The notes beneath the pieces were generated by a model, which was given only the letters and a program-made list of their open reading frames with translations, searched no databases and was not told where the DNA came from. DNA of 64,000 nucleotides from Lama guanicoe (taxonomy: Eukaryota). The stretch covers positions 16,394,725-16,458,724 of the forward strand of contig MU056216.1 in NCBI GenBank assembly GCA_013239625.1, written 5' to 3'. The position numbers and the translations under genes are program-made. Shown here piece after piece: positions 51,201 to 63,084 of this stretch (within the stretch, counting starts at the first letter, position 1; every line of letters starts with the position of its first letter).

Positions 51201-51732
51201 CAGCATTCTTTACAACAGCCATGACATGAAAGCACTCTGGGTTTGACGGTGGGCAAAGAAAGAAACTGTGGTACAAGTATGCAGTGGAATATTATTCCAC
51301 CATAAGATGAGGAAGTCTTGCCATCTGTGACAACACAGATGGACCATGAGGGCATTATGCTAAGTGAGTGAAGTCACAGAGACAAATACTGTATAATCTC
51401 ACTTATATGTGGAATCTTAAAAAAAAAAATCATAGCTACTGAGAACGTTTTGGTGGTTGTCAGAGGTGTGGGTTGGGAGATGGGTGAAGTGGGTGAAGGT
51501 GGTCAAAGTAAGTCCTGGGGTGCAATGTACAACACGATGCCTGCAGTTAAACAAGTATGTTTGAAAGACTCTTAAGATCTTAAATGGTCTCATCACAAGA
51601 TAAAAAATGTGACTCTGTAGTGATGGATGTTATGCAGACTTACTGTAGTGATCACTTTGCAGTATGTACACATATGGAATACTTATGTTGAATTCCTGAA
51701 ACTAATATATTATATGACGATTATATCTCAAG
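48262..51732 (+). mobile_element. About 3.5-kb 5'-truncated L1 (L1MA-type): decayed ORF2 and 3' UTR, inserted in an L2 remnant
   Basis: Endonuclease-like RTLHPKAAECTFFSRAHGTFSR (48431 ORF), SPGPGGFT, degenerate RT motif gcagatgatgtattatat near 49780, EEDTNKWK..CSWIGR, KINSKWIKDLN. Many stops and frameshifts. Contains gaps 48976-49115 and 49198-49356. Confidence 0.95.
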
Positions 51733-52404
51733 GTTTTTTTTATAAGAGTAACCATGGTAGGCGTCAGCAGGAAGGTAATGGTTGAGCAGAGACCTGAAGT
51801 GACTTAGTGGGGATCTGAGAGAAGACTGTTTAAGAGGAAACACCTGAACTTCAGAGTAAAGACCCAAGAGGAGGAGCAGTGTGCAGGAGGCCAGTGGGGC
51901 TGGGGCAGACCAGCAGGAGGGTGCCTGAGGGGAGGCTCCGGAGGCAGGCCGAGTGGAAGGGCTTGGAGGGTGTCGCAGGATGGCAGCTGCTCCTCTGAGG
52001 AGTGGGGAGCAGCGGGGTAACGGGGTCTGACTCTCTGGGGCAGTGGCAGCACCCGTCAGAAGACTCCTGCAGAGCCAGAGGAAAGGCGAGACGGTTAGAG
52101 CTGGGTTTTAGAAACTACTCATCAGAAGTTTTTTTAAAAAGCTATTTGCTTAAAGTTTTTTTAATTCTGTTCTTTCCTAGATACAAATCTCTGTTACGAA
52201 AACTTTGTGGAAAGGTGTATAAAGTATACCTGAAGTGTGCTTACAGAGCAAAATGTCCTTTTGTGTTTTTGAGAAAGTGTCGTCGATGACCTTTAGAGAG
52301 GCTTAGTGTTCCTTCCAAACGTGAAAGGTTTATTGTAACACTAGTGGGCAGGGTAACCTTGCATAAAAAGTGGTTTCTTAATACGTTGTCTCTATTTGTA
52401 CAAG

Positions 52405-52440
52405 CTTTGCCACAGGAAATCTACAGAGAGTTGTCCAAAG
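52405..52440 (+). CDS. ZDHHC20: ZDHHC20 36-nt in-frame cassette exon (LCHRKSTESCPK)
   Basis: Acceptor tctctatttgtacaag and donor AAG|GTAAAA at 52441. Phase 0 to 0. Resembles the recalled mouse Zdhhc20 insert LCRRKSTENCPK. Confidence 0.8.
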
Positions 52441-53396
52441 GTAAAATGCGTTATTGCCATGACATTCTTGCCATCTCTTTTGTGACATTTGTAGTGAATG
52501 TGTGTAATACTCATTTACTTCACAAGATGGGGAGATAGGTATGTTCAGAAGGTATTGTGGTTGCTCTGGAAGAGAACAGATAAATTACCCAGTGCTAAAA
52601 GCCTTCCTCTTAGCTTGTAAACGCCATTTCGAGTGAGCCGAGCAGCTCCTGTGCTGTGGAGGCCGTGGGCTGCCTGCCCAGCGTTATCGTGAGAGCAGGC
52701 TCTTCAGGCCGCCTCCTGCTCCTTTTGCTGGGTGCTGACTTCGTCTAGGTTCAGACTCTGCTTCTGTTGAAATGAATACAGTTGCAGCAGCGGGTAGCAG
52801 AGAAGCTCTCTTCACTCACTGATACCTTGTGGCAAACTTAAACACCAAAATTGGTTTATTACAAAAAGGCTCCGTAGGAGTGGAGCAGGGATTAACAAGG
52901 TAGGAATACCAGGTGCGGAGAGGTCGGTGCGTTCTCAGTGGTGTCCCAGAAATAGAGATTAGGGAGGCACAAGAGTCACGTTAGCACACTTACTTCCTGG
53001 TTGGCAGCATATGTAATTAAGCAAATGTTTTAGCATAGATGGGGAAAAGGCTCATATAGCCTGGATGTTGGAGAAAGCTTGAATATATGCATAAAGTTCA
53101 AAAGAAAGATGTTGTGTAAAAAACGTCATGTTTATATTTTATTACTGAGAGTACTGCTAAAATTTTAGAGCAGTTTTTAAATGACTCTCCCTGACGTGTT
53201 ACATAAGCACGGCCCTTGATAATACCAGTTCTCTGCTTTGGGAATTGTTGCTTTGGGTATATTATCTAATTTATTTAACTACTCTTTTTTTTACTCATCA
53301 GTTTTTTGGTGAATTCAACTTTAGGAAGAACCAAATAATAAGAGTGTATTTTAGAGGTTGACTAGCCTCAAAAATAAATCTTTTTTCTTTCCTCAG

Positions 53397-53529
53397 AATG
53401 AACTCTCAGACACACGTGCAAAATTCCATGTCCTTTTCCTTTTCTTTGTGTCCACAATGTTCTTCATCAGCGTGCTGTCACTCCTCGGCTACCACTGCTG
53501 GCTCGTTGGAAAAAACAGGACAACAATAG
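53397..53529 (+). CDS. ZDHHC20: ZDHHC20 exon 8 (NELSDTRAKFHVLFLFFVSTMFFISVLSLLGYHCWLVGKNRTTI; TM4 and TTxE motif)
   Basis: Acceptor ttttttctttcctcag and donor GTAAGA at 53530. 133 nt, phase 0 to 1. Confidence 0.97.
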
Positions 53530-54924
53530 GTAAGAAGGTTAAAATAACCCATAATTATTTAGGAAGATGGCCACAAACGAATTTGAAATCCAGAGAAGAA
53601 CAGTAGATGATAAAAGTAAAGTAATTCTGTGTTAAAATGAACTGTGACCAGATAGAGACAGCAGCTGTTGAATAAATGTCCAGGTTTATTATTTGGAGAA
53701 GGTTGAGTGAGACTGATTTTTATGTATTTTTTTTCAGTAGTGGGTTGTATATAAAAAAAAGAACCGACTATATTTTATAAATTTCAGTGAAAGCTGTTTC
53801 CTGCATTTATAGTGTCTTTTCAAAATATCAGTCTATGAAAGAGATATAGATGTACATGTTATAAGGAAATTTGTTCTCATATTGCAAAAAAAAATTTTAA
53901 TCCTTAATTACAGCTTATCATTTAGCTTAATCATATTTTTTTCCTTTTTCCCCACATTCGATCACACAGTTTACTGGCATGTGTTTCATGCCTGAGGCTG
54001 AAGAATAGTGTTTTTGACATAGTTAATCACTTCCATGTTTGTAACATTTGACAGTGAAATTTACCTGTTTTATCACTCAGATTAGCACTTAGGTCCCTTT
54101 TTTGTTCATTTTGAAAGTGAAAATAAAGGGGAAGAATTCAGTAAGCTACTCAAATAATTGGACACACACTTTAGACAAAGGTGGTGTAGCATTGCTCAGA
54201 CCAAACCTCCAGCATGTGCGCTGCAGCACCCGCCCTAACAGATGTCTGGGTGTTGGTACCCTACCAGACACAAAGCAGGGATTTGTTGCAGTGTTTAAGA
54301 AAGTTAAAGGCTCCCTGCTGTCTGAAGCCACGAATCTTCCAGAAGAACTGGAAGGGGACATGTTTTAATAAAGAAAGGTGTGGCATTTTAGGGAAACTTA
54401 GATACTTGTATGTTTGGATCATTTGCATCGTGTGTCTTACTGAGTCATATAGAATGTGATGGGCTCCTGGGGGAAGGACTGTGTGCCCCTCCTTTCCCAG
54501 CTTGCGCTGCTGTGGAGCTCCCCTCCCGTTCCCCGCCTTCACCCCTTTTCCACGTGAATAAGTTTCCACTTACCAATGTATCCTCTTCACGGAATCTCCT
54601 GTCATCTCCTTACCTTTAATCAGAGGTGACAAGGCAGCCCTCATGCATCTTGCTCTGAAGACCTCCCACAACAGCTAAACGCTGAGAGATTTCACTTAGA
54701 AAAGGAGGTTTCTTCTTTCCGAAGTTGATGACTCTACTGGCGGTGGGCCTGTTTTCCCATCCGGCATCATTCTGTAGGAGCTCTGCAGTGGCCGACTGCT
54801 TCCCGTGGGCACGAACATCTAATCAGCCACACTCCCCACCAGCCTGCGTCCCTTGTTCCCCGCCCAGACCCTGGCGATGTCTGAGAGATGAGTGCTTCCT
54901 AGGAAACACGTTGTTCTCTTACAG

Positions 54925-55163
54925 ACAAGCATTTTCAAACTTTTTTTGCCAGTGACTACAGTAGGAGATGCATCATTTTATATCACCTAGTGTATGCACA
55001 CGTACTTATAAAACTGTATAAAATAAGCAAAATTTTCATAAGACATCATTAATGCCTACGGTGTCCAATGTACTCTTGTATTTTGGTCTAGTATTTTTTT
55101 GTAGACCACTGATTGATTTCACAGCCTATAAGGATACCTTAGCCCACACTTTGAAAACCAGTG
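54925..55163. mobile_element. hAT-Charlie (Charlie4-like) MITE
   Basis: caagcattttcaaactttttttgccagtgactacagtagg...agaccactgattgatttcacagcc...cacactttgaaaaccagtg, with imperfect terminal inverted repeats. Confidence 0.6.
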
Positions 55164-56000
55164 CCCTGACGCACTCCTCCTTTCTCAGCCACGCCGTCCA
55201 CACCGGCCTTGCTGGCCTCCACTGCTGCTCCCAGCTGTTTGTTCTTCTGTCCCTCCCTGGAAACTGTCCCCTCCCTGCCTTGAGCTCATGCCTCACGTTA
55301 GCGCTCGGTGTGCGGACCACCGCCGCGGGCCCAGACGGGCCACCTGGTGATCCTGCCCGCCGGCCGTGCCCGCGCCCCGCCGCCCCGCCGCCCCGCCGAG
55401 TCACGCGGCACCCGCCTCCCAGCCCTCCCTTTCCCCTGCGGCCTCGGCTCTCACCCCTCCCATTCTAGCTTCTGCGCCAACGCCCGGCAGCCCCCGGCGG
55501 CCCCTCACGTGACGCGGGCCCCCGGGCGGCCCCGCTGTGCGTCCCTCGCGTGCGCGGGGCCCCGGCGCGCTGGCCCCGTAGCCGTTGTCGTCGCAGCTGC
55601 AGGTGTAGCGCCTCAGCCTCACCTCGGCCCTCGGCTCCACTTGGCAGCAATGTCATGTGTTTCATCGTTCTCCCTAATTTCCTTACCTATGTTGTGAACC
55701 CTTCACAAGTAAATTCTTACCTTTAAAAAAAACATGTATTGAACACACTTCAGTAGATTTGCAGTAGTATTACATAATGTTTTTGACCTTTTTATTTTGT
55801 AAGGGTGATGAAATATTCAGAGGTTATATTTTTACCTAAATAATTTTCAGAAATTTATTTTTAAGTGTTACATAGTATTTATTTTAAATTATATTTTTGG
55901 CTTTTGATATCAAAGATACAAAGCAAGAAAATTGATACTATCCTCCCCTCCTATAATTTCCAAATAGATTAACCCTTTCCTTTTATGATACATGTAACAG

Positions 56001-56127
56001 AATCGTTCCGTGCGCCCACATTTTCGTACGGATCTGATGGAAGTGGTTTCTCTCTTGGATGCAGTAAAAATTGGAGAGAAGTCTTTGGTGATGAAAAGAA
56101 ATATTGGCTACTTCCAATATTTTCAAG
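56001..56127 (+). CDS. ZDHHC20: ZDHHC20 exon 9 (ESFRAPTFSYGSDGSGFSLGCSKNWREVFGDEKKYWLLPIFS; PaCCT region)
   Basis: Acceptor catgtaacag and donor GTAATT at 56128. 127 nt, phase 1 to 2. Confidence 0.97.
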
Positions 56128-56689
56128 GTAATTCATAAAATGCAGGCCTCAGAAATTAGGGAATCTGTGATAGTTTCTGTCTCTCTTGTTAAAATGTCTT
56201 AGATTCAGAGAATACGGTATATTACGGCAGCCTTAAGAGCCTTGGGAATGAAAACTCGAAATAATTATGCAAAATATTTTATTTTTCATGGCTTCCTTTT
56301 TATTAAAGGAGAGTTTGGGCATATATTTGAATGGGAATTAGGAGAAAAAGATGATTCATAGAAAATAAGACTCACTCTTTTTCCTTCAAAATGAGAATAA
56401 GTTGTTTGAAGTAAAGAATCTATTTATTAGCCCATATCTTCAAGGATTTCCAATACAGGTTATGTATTCTGTTGTGTCTTAAAATCAAAAAAGACCCAAT
56501 ACTTAGTGCAGCTTTTACCTCAAATCCAAATGAGAACATGTGCTCAAGTTGAGTCATAGTTTCCTTTTCTCCCGAATTGTGGGCTGTCCTAGGCCGTCTT
56601 ATATACCAGAATTATTACAGAAAAGGAGAGAGTGCTTGAAGTTCAAGTACCGTATTTGTGTTGTAGGGTTTTTTCCTGAACTAACTGTA

Positions 56690-58960
56690 TTGCCTACTAT
56701 TTTGTCTGAAAGTGATCTATTTTGTCTTCATTTTTGGAAAACATTTTTCCGTAGCACAGAACTCTAGATGTTGCTTACATTTTTTCTGATGAGAAGTTTG
56801 TGGTCATCTTTTTATAACATCTTTTTCCTCTGGCTGCTGTGAAGACTTTCTGTTCATCATTGGTTCCATGAAACTTGATTATGCTGTGCCTCCGTGCGGT
56901 TTTCTTTGCTTCCTGTGCTTAGGATTCTTGAGCTTCTGGGATCTGTGATTTTTTAACTTGCATCAGATTTGGAAGATACTTTAACCACTGTTTCTTCACG
57001 TGTTCTTCTGCCATCCCCTGCCTCTCATTACTGCAGGAGCTCCACCTGCACATCTGTGACTCTGCCGGAGGGTCTGCCTGGCTCACCAGGGGCCTGTCCA
57101 TCATTCTGTTCACTCTTCCGCGTTTCCTTTGGGTGGGTCTTCAAATGCGTCTGTCTCTCAGTGCGCTTTATCTGCATGAAGCTTTCCTCTCTGGTTGGAA
57201 CACAGACTGTTTTTTTGTTTTAAGGTTATTTTCTCTAAATGGAAATTTCAGTATTGGCAGGTGTTTGTGTGTGTGTGTGTGTGTTTTTTATTCCCTTCTT
57301 TAAAGATGTTGCTGCATTATCTTCTGTCTTGTGTTGTTTGTGACAAGGAATCAGTTTTGTTCCTCTGTTTGTACAGGCATGCCTCGGTGACATTGCAGGG
57401 TTGGTTCCAGGCCACCACTATGAAGCAAGTATTGCAATAAAGGGGATCACACGATTTTNNNNNNNNNNNNNNNNNNNNNNNNNNNNNNNNNNNNNNNNNN
57501 NNNNNNNNNNNNNNNNNNNNNNNNNNNNNNNNNNNNNNNNNNNNNNNNNNNNNNNNNNNNNNNNNNNNNNNNNNNNNNNNNNNNNNNNNNNNNNNNNNNN
57601 NNNNNNNNNNNNNNNNNNNNNNNNNNNNNNNNNNNNNNNNNNNNNNNNNNNNNNNNNNNNNNNNNNNNNNNNNNNNNNNNNAGTGAGCAAATGCTGTAGG
57701 AAAAATGGCGCCAATAGACTTGCTCAATGTAGGGTTGCCACAGGTCTTTAACTTGTAAAAACCACAGTATCTGCGAAGCGCAGCAAAATGAAACATGGTA
57801 CATCGAGGTCTGCCTGTCAGTTCTGTGACTTTTTCCCCTGTAACTACTTTTGAGATTCTGTCTTGATCACTGGTTTTGAGCAGTTTGATAGTAATTTTCC
57901 ATGGTGTGGGTTTCCTTGTGTTTATCCTCTCTGGAGCTCGTTAGGCTTCTGGGATCTATGAATTTATAGTTTTCATCAAATTTAATAATTTTGAAATAAT
58001 TTTCCGTCTTTTTCTGCCTGCTCCCCTCTTCCTGTGCCCTCCGGTCCTTGTAAATACTCATTGTGACCCAGAGGTCACTGCTGCTGCCCCTCCCTTCCCC
58101 CACCCCGACTGTTTTCTCTCTTTGCTTCAAGTTGGATAGTCTCCCTTGTTATGTCTGTAAGTTCACTAATCTTTTTTTCTGTACCATCTAGTCTACTGTT
58201 AGGCTCATCCAATGAAATTTTATTTCAGATACTATATTTTTCAGCTCTAGAAGTTCAATTTGGTTCTTTTTTTACATGTTACTTTTCTCTTTTCATTATA
58301 TCCACTTTTTCCTGTTAATTCATGGACATATTTATAATCACTATTTTAAAGTCTTTGTTTCAGGTTTTCACGGTCATTTCTAAATCGTTTCTATTGACTT
58401 TTTCTCTTAGTTGTGAGCACATTTTCCTGCTACTTTTTCTGCTGGTAGTAATTTTTGATTGGATGGATGGTGGACGTTTTGAATTCTGAGTATTTAAATT
58501 TTATTGTCTCCCTTTAGGGAATGTTGAGTTTTGTTTTGGCAGACAGTTAAGTTGCTCGTGTTCCAGCTTGGTCCTCTTGAGGCTTGAAGATTCGTTAGGT
58601 TGGGTATAAAGAAGCATTTTCTCTGGGGCAAGTTTAACTCCACAACAGAGGGGAGAGCCTACTGGGGTCTCTACCAAACGCTAGTGTCCCATGTCTCTAC
58701 TTGAATGGCCTTCAGTGCTCTGTGAGCTGGGAATCCTTCCTGTCCACTTTCCCAGATTCACGTGTTTGGCCGAGTGTTCATCTGGTGACTCCGGGAAAGC
58801 CCTGTGCAGGTGTCTGCACTTCCCTCTTTTCCCAGCTCTGTCCGACAGAGTCAGGCATCTTCAGTTTCTCAAGACCCCCATCTGTGCCCCTCAGCTCAGT
58901 GGGACTGCCTTACTCTGCGCCTTTCCCCTCCTGGCGCTCAGGTTCTGCAGAAGCTGGGGC
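56690..58960 (-). mobile_element. Old L1 5'/ORF1-region remnants
   Basis: ttcttgagcttctgggatctgtg, tttcagctctagaagttcaatttggttcttttt, ggcagacagttaagtt. Confidence 0.65.
57374..57816. mobile_element. Tigger1-derived MITE with both TIRs (interior in N-gap 57459-57681)
   Basis: TA followed by caggcatgcctcg (57374-57386) and cgaggtctgcctg (57804-57816). Internal aaaatggcgccaatagacttgctc is typical of Tigger1. Confidence 0.9.
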
Positions 58961-59210
58961 TCCTTGTCGGTGCCTCGTCTTTCAGACGCCACAGTTCTGT
59001 GCTGCCTGTTTTGAAGACGGTTGTGCAACAGGAGGCCAGTCCATCTTGGCTGGAAGTGGAAGTCCCTGTTGCACACGATTTTGATGCGTTTAGAATGTGG
59101 CAGTAAGGCATAGCTGTACTTATTTTAGGTTGTAAACTCTTTTGAGGGCAGAGATTTTCTCTTCTTTTGTTCACTTGCTGTGTCCCTAGCACTTAAAATG
59201 GTGCCCGAGT

Positions 59211-59322
59211 GGGGAGAGTACAGCTCAAGTGCTAGAGCACACGCTCAGCCTACACACGACCCTGCGTCTGGCCCCTGGTCCCTCCTCTGAATAACTAACC
59301 TGACACCTCCCCCCTCAAAAAA
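59211..59322 (+). mobile_element. Diverged Vic-1-like SINE
   Basis: ggggagagtacagctcaagtgctagagcacacgctcagcctacacacgaccctg...aataactaacctgacacctcccccc. Flanks aaatggtgcccga and aagtggtacctga look like a TSD. Confidence 0.75.
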
Positions 59323-59755
59323 GTGGTACCTGAAACCTCATATGCATTCAGTAAATATTTGTTTAATAAATTTTGTTGAATGAATAAACAGGTGAAACTT
59401 ATATCATGAATTTCAGTTCAAACCTTGATGATGTCTTAAATGATTGTGATAAGCAAGTCAGCTACCCAAATATTTGAACATGTATGTTTGAGGTATCATA
59501 GCTTTAATAGGCACCATAACCTCAACAGTCATGTAAAGTATGTTTTTAAATATTTGTAAATTATTGAAGAAAAAGGCTCATTTCTTCAGTGGAGGCTGAT
59601 AACCTTCTAAATTAGAAATCTTTGGACTTATACTCTGAAATGACTAGTTATGATAATTTCTTTATACTATGCCTCTGAAAAACAAGTGTTAAATTTGACC
59701 ATTCTGCTCTAACTTAATATAATTTAAACTATCACCAGTATTTTTCATTGTACAG

Positions 59756-59845
59756 TCCGGGTGATGGCTGCAGTTTCCCGACTCGCCTGGTGGGGACGGA
59801 CCCAGAACAGTCTTCTGTTTCAAACCAAAGTGAATACGCCAGAAG
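59756..59845 (+). CDS. ZDHHC20: ZDHHC20 exon 10 ([30 protein letters not shown])
   Basis: Acceptor tttttcattgtacag and donor GTGTGC at 59846. 90 nt, phase 2 to 2. Confidence 0.95.
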
Positions 59846-61212
59846 GTGTGCTTCTTGTCGTTTCATTTTTCAGAGTTCACGATAAAGCAAACCATGTGTG
59901 TCATACAAAGATGAACACGGTGTGATGAAGCAAGCCAGTGTAGACAGGGAAAGAAATTACAGAGAGTTTTTTAACTGAGGATTATTCTGTGCATACACCT
60001 GATGTGCTTCAGATAATCATATTTTTATCATCCAAACCAAAACAGTTTTGCGAGTTAGAAAGTGAGTGCTGCATGTAGCCGAGCCAGGGCAGTCACGTGA
60101 CACTGCCCGCATCCAAGCAGGAAGCACAGCTTCCCTCCTTGTGCTGCGTCTCCCCAGAAACTGAGACCCTCTTGCAAGGTTGGAGTATGTTGGTTTGTCA
60201 GTTAGTTTTCAAAGAAGTTAGTCGCTGTACTGTTTATTTGATAAACAGATTTTAACTGTAGTGTGAAAATAATATTAGTGAGGATTCAAATGTACAAATG
60301 CAGAGTTTTTCTTATTCATCTTAGAGGATATTTTCTCAGGGTCTGTATGGTAAGCAGACAGGTTTACAAGTTCAGAGAAATAGTTTCTTTTAAATGAGAT
60401 TGTAAAAAAGATAGATACACTTCTGTCAAAGTGAAACCCTTGAAACTTAATTACTCCAGAAATAAGTTGTGGGGGAGGAGGGATTAAAACTTTCAAGTTA
60501 GCAGATGAGTTTCAGGAGCACGGAGGCCTTCGAGCCTAGAGCCTAAGGCCTTCTGGGACCTCCGAGCTCTGACGTCTGCTGTAGGTCTGAGCAGTTAGCG
60601 TCCAGCTCTGTAAGGGGAGAGCGGTCATGCTGCCTCCGGGGTGGCTGTGCAGGTTGCAGTAATGTGTAGAAAGCACCCAGCTCCGTGTCCAGCCCGGAGC
60701 AGGCACCCAGCAAATAGTAGTTCCCTTTCCTCCTTCTTTTGTCCCTCTGTTCCCCCCTCCCTGGACCTCTTAGCTAGAAAAATAAGTCTACACTGAATCA
60801 CTGAATCATTTTTTCCCCTTAGATCTATACTGCAGAGGTAGAAAGCAGAAAACTTGGGAAATGACAGGTAACTTTTGTCCCGGCCACAGACACAGACCCT
60901 CACCTGTCCTTGTGCTGCTTTATGGCTCGTGGTTAACATGGTAAAACTGTCTCAGACTGGCCCTGCAGCCTTTTCCTTTTGTCTGATTGTTTTCACTGGC
61001 AGTGCTGAGTACAGATTCTTGGGTCTAGAGAGCCATTCAGTGGGGGGGTTGGGGGCATTTTTTTCTTTTGAAGACAGAGTTTTTTTGGAGTGCTGAGATC
61101 TCATGAGTTGCCCTCATATATTAGGAGAAGGAATACTAATTTGCTGCTTATTAATTAAGTACCCTTAATTGAGCATTAAACTGTTTACTAAATTATTTGC
61201 TCCTCTTTTCAG

Positions 61213-61328
61213 TATTGGCTCAAATCAGCCCTTTCCTACTAAACCGCTTAGTGAATCAAAAAACCGCTTGTTGGACAGTGAATCTCAGTGGATAGAGAAT
61301 GGACCTGAAGCAGGTGCTGCTGGATCAG
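61213..61328 (+). CDS. ZDHHC20: ZDHHC20 exon 11 (SIGSNQPFPTKPLSESKNRLLDSESQWIENGPEAGAAGS)
   Basis: Acceptor ctcctcttttcag and donor GTGAGA at 61329. 116 nt, phase 2 to 1. Confidence 0.95.
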
Positions 61329-62348
61329 GTGAGACTTACCATCTGAAAACATGGCTTCATCTTGTTAAAATGAAAGTTAATAAATGTGGAAAAATCAAAA
61401 CATGTAATGTGGTATTTTGAAATACTAAAATATGTGAAACTTTTAAATAAAATATCTTGAACACAGGGTGCTAGTGTCCACGGTGGCCTCTGTGGAGGCG
61501 GGGGTTGAGCAGGCTGTGGTGGCTGCCCCATGCGCGCTGTGCACGGCGGGGCTGCTGTTGCTGTTCCCCAGCCATGGATTTTGTCACCTCAGATGTAGAG
61601 GGTTCTTTGGCATAATACTCTTAAAGGTCATAGCTTTTGCCTATTTGAAAATAATTTTGAAATGCATTGTACTCTTTGGCTGTCTTGTCATAGTATAAAA
61701 AAGAGTGCACTGAATATATTTTAACCTTTTCTTGATGACTTAATCATGTGATGAATTATGGATACATTATAGAACAATTGATAAGATAGCAGTGGGCTTT
61801 TCAATCAGACCTGGGTTTATAATCTAGCGTGGTCATTTACCAGCATTATAGCCTAAAATATATCCGTGGTTCTTAATAACAGTAGTAGTAATGTTCTTCT
61901 TGCACTGTAGGAAAATGGTTTGGACATTCAGATCAATTTGTACTAACTGAAGGAAATACCCTAAAACTTGCAAACTTGCTGTCAGACTTTCTGACGTGTC
62001 GCTGTGGTTGGTTTGGCTTCCAGCAGCATTTCCGTTCTGTTAGCATCGTGAGGACCTTCGTTAGGCTTGGCAGACCTTCTGTGTGAGGTCACGGGAAACG
62101 TTTGTTTTGTGGACTTTCAGTCAGTGCTGCTGAGCATCCTCAGAGCCAGCGGACGTGTTTACAAGGATAAGATAAAAGCAGACCTTCAGATCTTAGCACT
62201 TCTGTTCTTCCAGGAGACAGACGGTTGGCACCAGAAACCTATTTAGTGCTTACATAAGACTTGCTTTTACTGTAATCATCAATTTTACCATTTGGCCAGA
62301 AACTGAATACTTCTTTTTGTCATGTCATATATAATTATGTGCTTACAG

Positions 62349-62386
62349 GGACAAATAACCATGTTACAGTGGCAATAGAAAATTGA
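62349..62386 (+). CDS. ZDHHC20: ZDHHC20 exon 12 CDS (GTNNHVTVAIEN*); the exon continues as UTR to 62426
   Basis: Acceptor gtgcttacag, TGA at 62384-62386, donor AAG|GTAAGA at 62427. With missing exons of 104 and 121 nt (recalled ortholog sizes) the CDS totals 1098 nt, or 365 aa. Confidence 0.93.
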
Positions 62387-63084
62387 GTTCCACTTGTTCA
62401 TAACTAACCAATTGAATAAGAGCAAGGTAAGACAGTATAAAGGTAATTTCCTTGAACAAATGCAGTTTATTTGCGTGTTATAATCTCAAAACGATTTGCA
62501 GTTCGCTCTTTGTTTTTAAACTCTTTCCATTGTGTCTGCAGTCAGGTAGGTCAGGAAAGACTGGAAGGTGACGTCTGCCTAAATCCCGTTTCTCTTAAGT
62601 TCCTGCGCGGTCTCAGTGAGTGTCTGTTGATAGACTAATGAAGAAACTAACGCAAGTTGTTTAGGATTGGTAGGTGGACAGCTAACCTTCTCAGTAAATG
62701 GCACCTTATGAATTAGTTTAAGGGGGAAAAAAAGGGGGAAAAAGCTGACCTTTGCCCACTACTGAAGAAATCTGACCCAGAGAAGTGACTAAGAGTACAG
62801 GCCAAAAAAGGGACTTAGAGGTTCGTTGATGTTACTTACTGGGCACGAGATAAGCAGAAGAGCACCTCCCTGCAGTGGAGTCGCGGGCCAGCGATGCGGG
62901 CCGTGCGGCGGGAGCCAGAGCGAGGGGATCTGAGCGGGACGGGGTGGGGGCCTGGGCGGCGGGCCCCCGCTTGGCGCTGCGGGGAGGCGCCGCGCAGCAG
63001 AGAAGCCAGTGCCGCGCCCGGGTCAGGAGCGGGGCGCGGTGGCTTGTGCGCGGCTGTGAGGCTTTTGGAAACCTACGTGTCATG

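Noticed and set aside
48262-51732. Reverse transcriptase and endonuclease ORF fragments as an active or novel retro-system
   Set aside because: Ordinary 5'-truncated L1 with multiple stops, frameshifts and a degenerate catalytic motif.
52995-53030. ttggcagcatat resembling the U6 snRNA 5' end
   Set aside because: The similarity is about 10 nt and does not extend.
9695-57803. ORFs containing long X runs
   Set aside because: Artefacts of translating through N-gaps.
6963-59322. tRNA-like sequences (tagctcagtggtagag...gggttcaatcccc) as tRNA genes
   Set aside because: Each is followed by the same AT-rich tail and flanked by TSDs, with decayed stems. They are SINE heads.
15384-62386. ZDHHC20 as a pseudogene lacking exons 3 and 7
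   Set aside because: All visible exons are intact with GT-AG sites and an intact DHHC motif, and N-gaps of adequate size sit where the missing exons belong.
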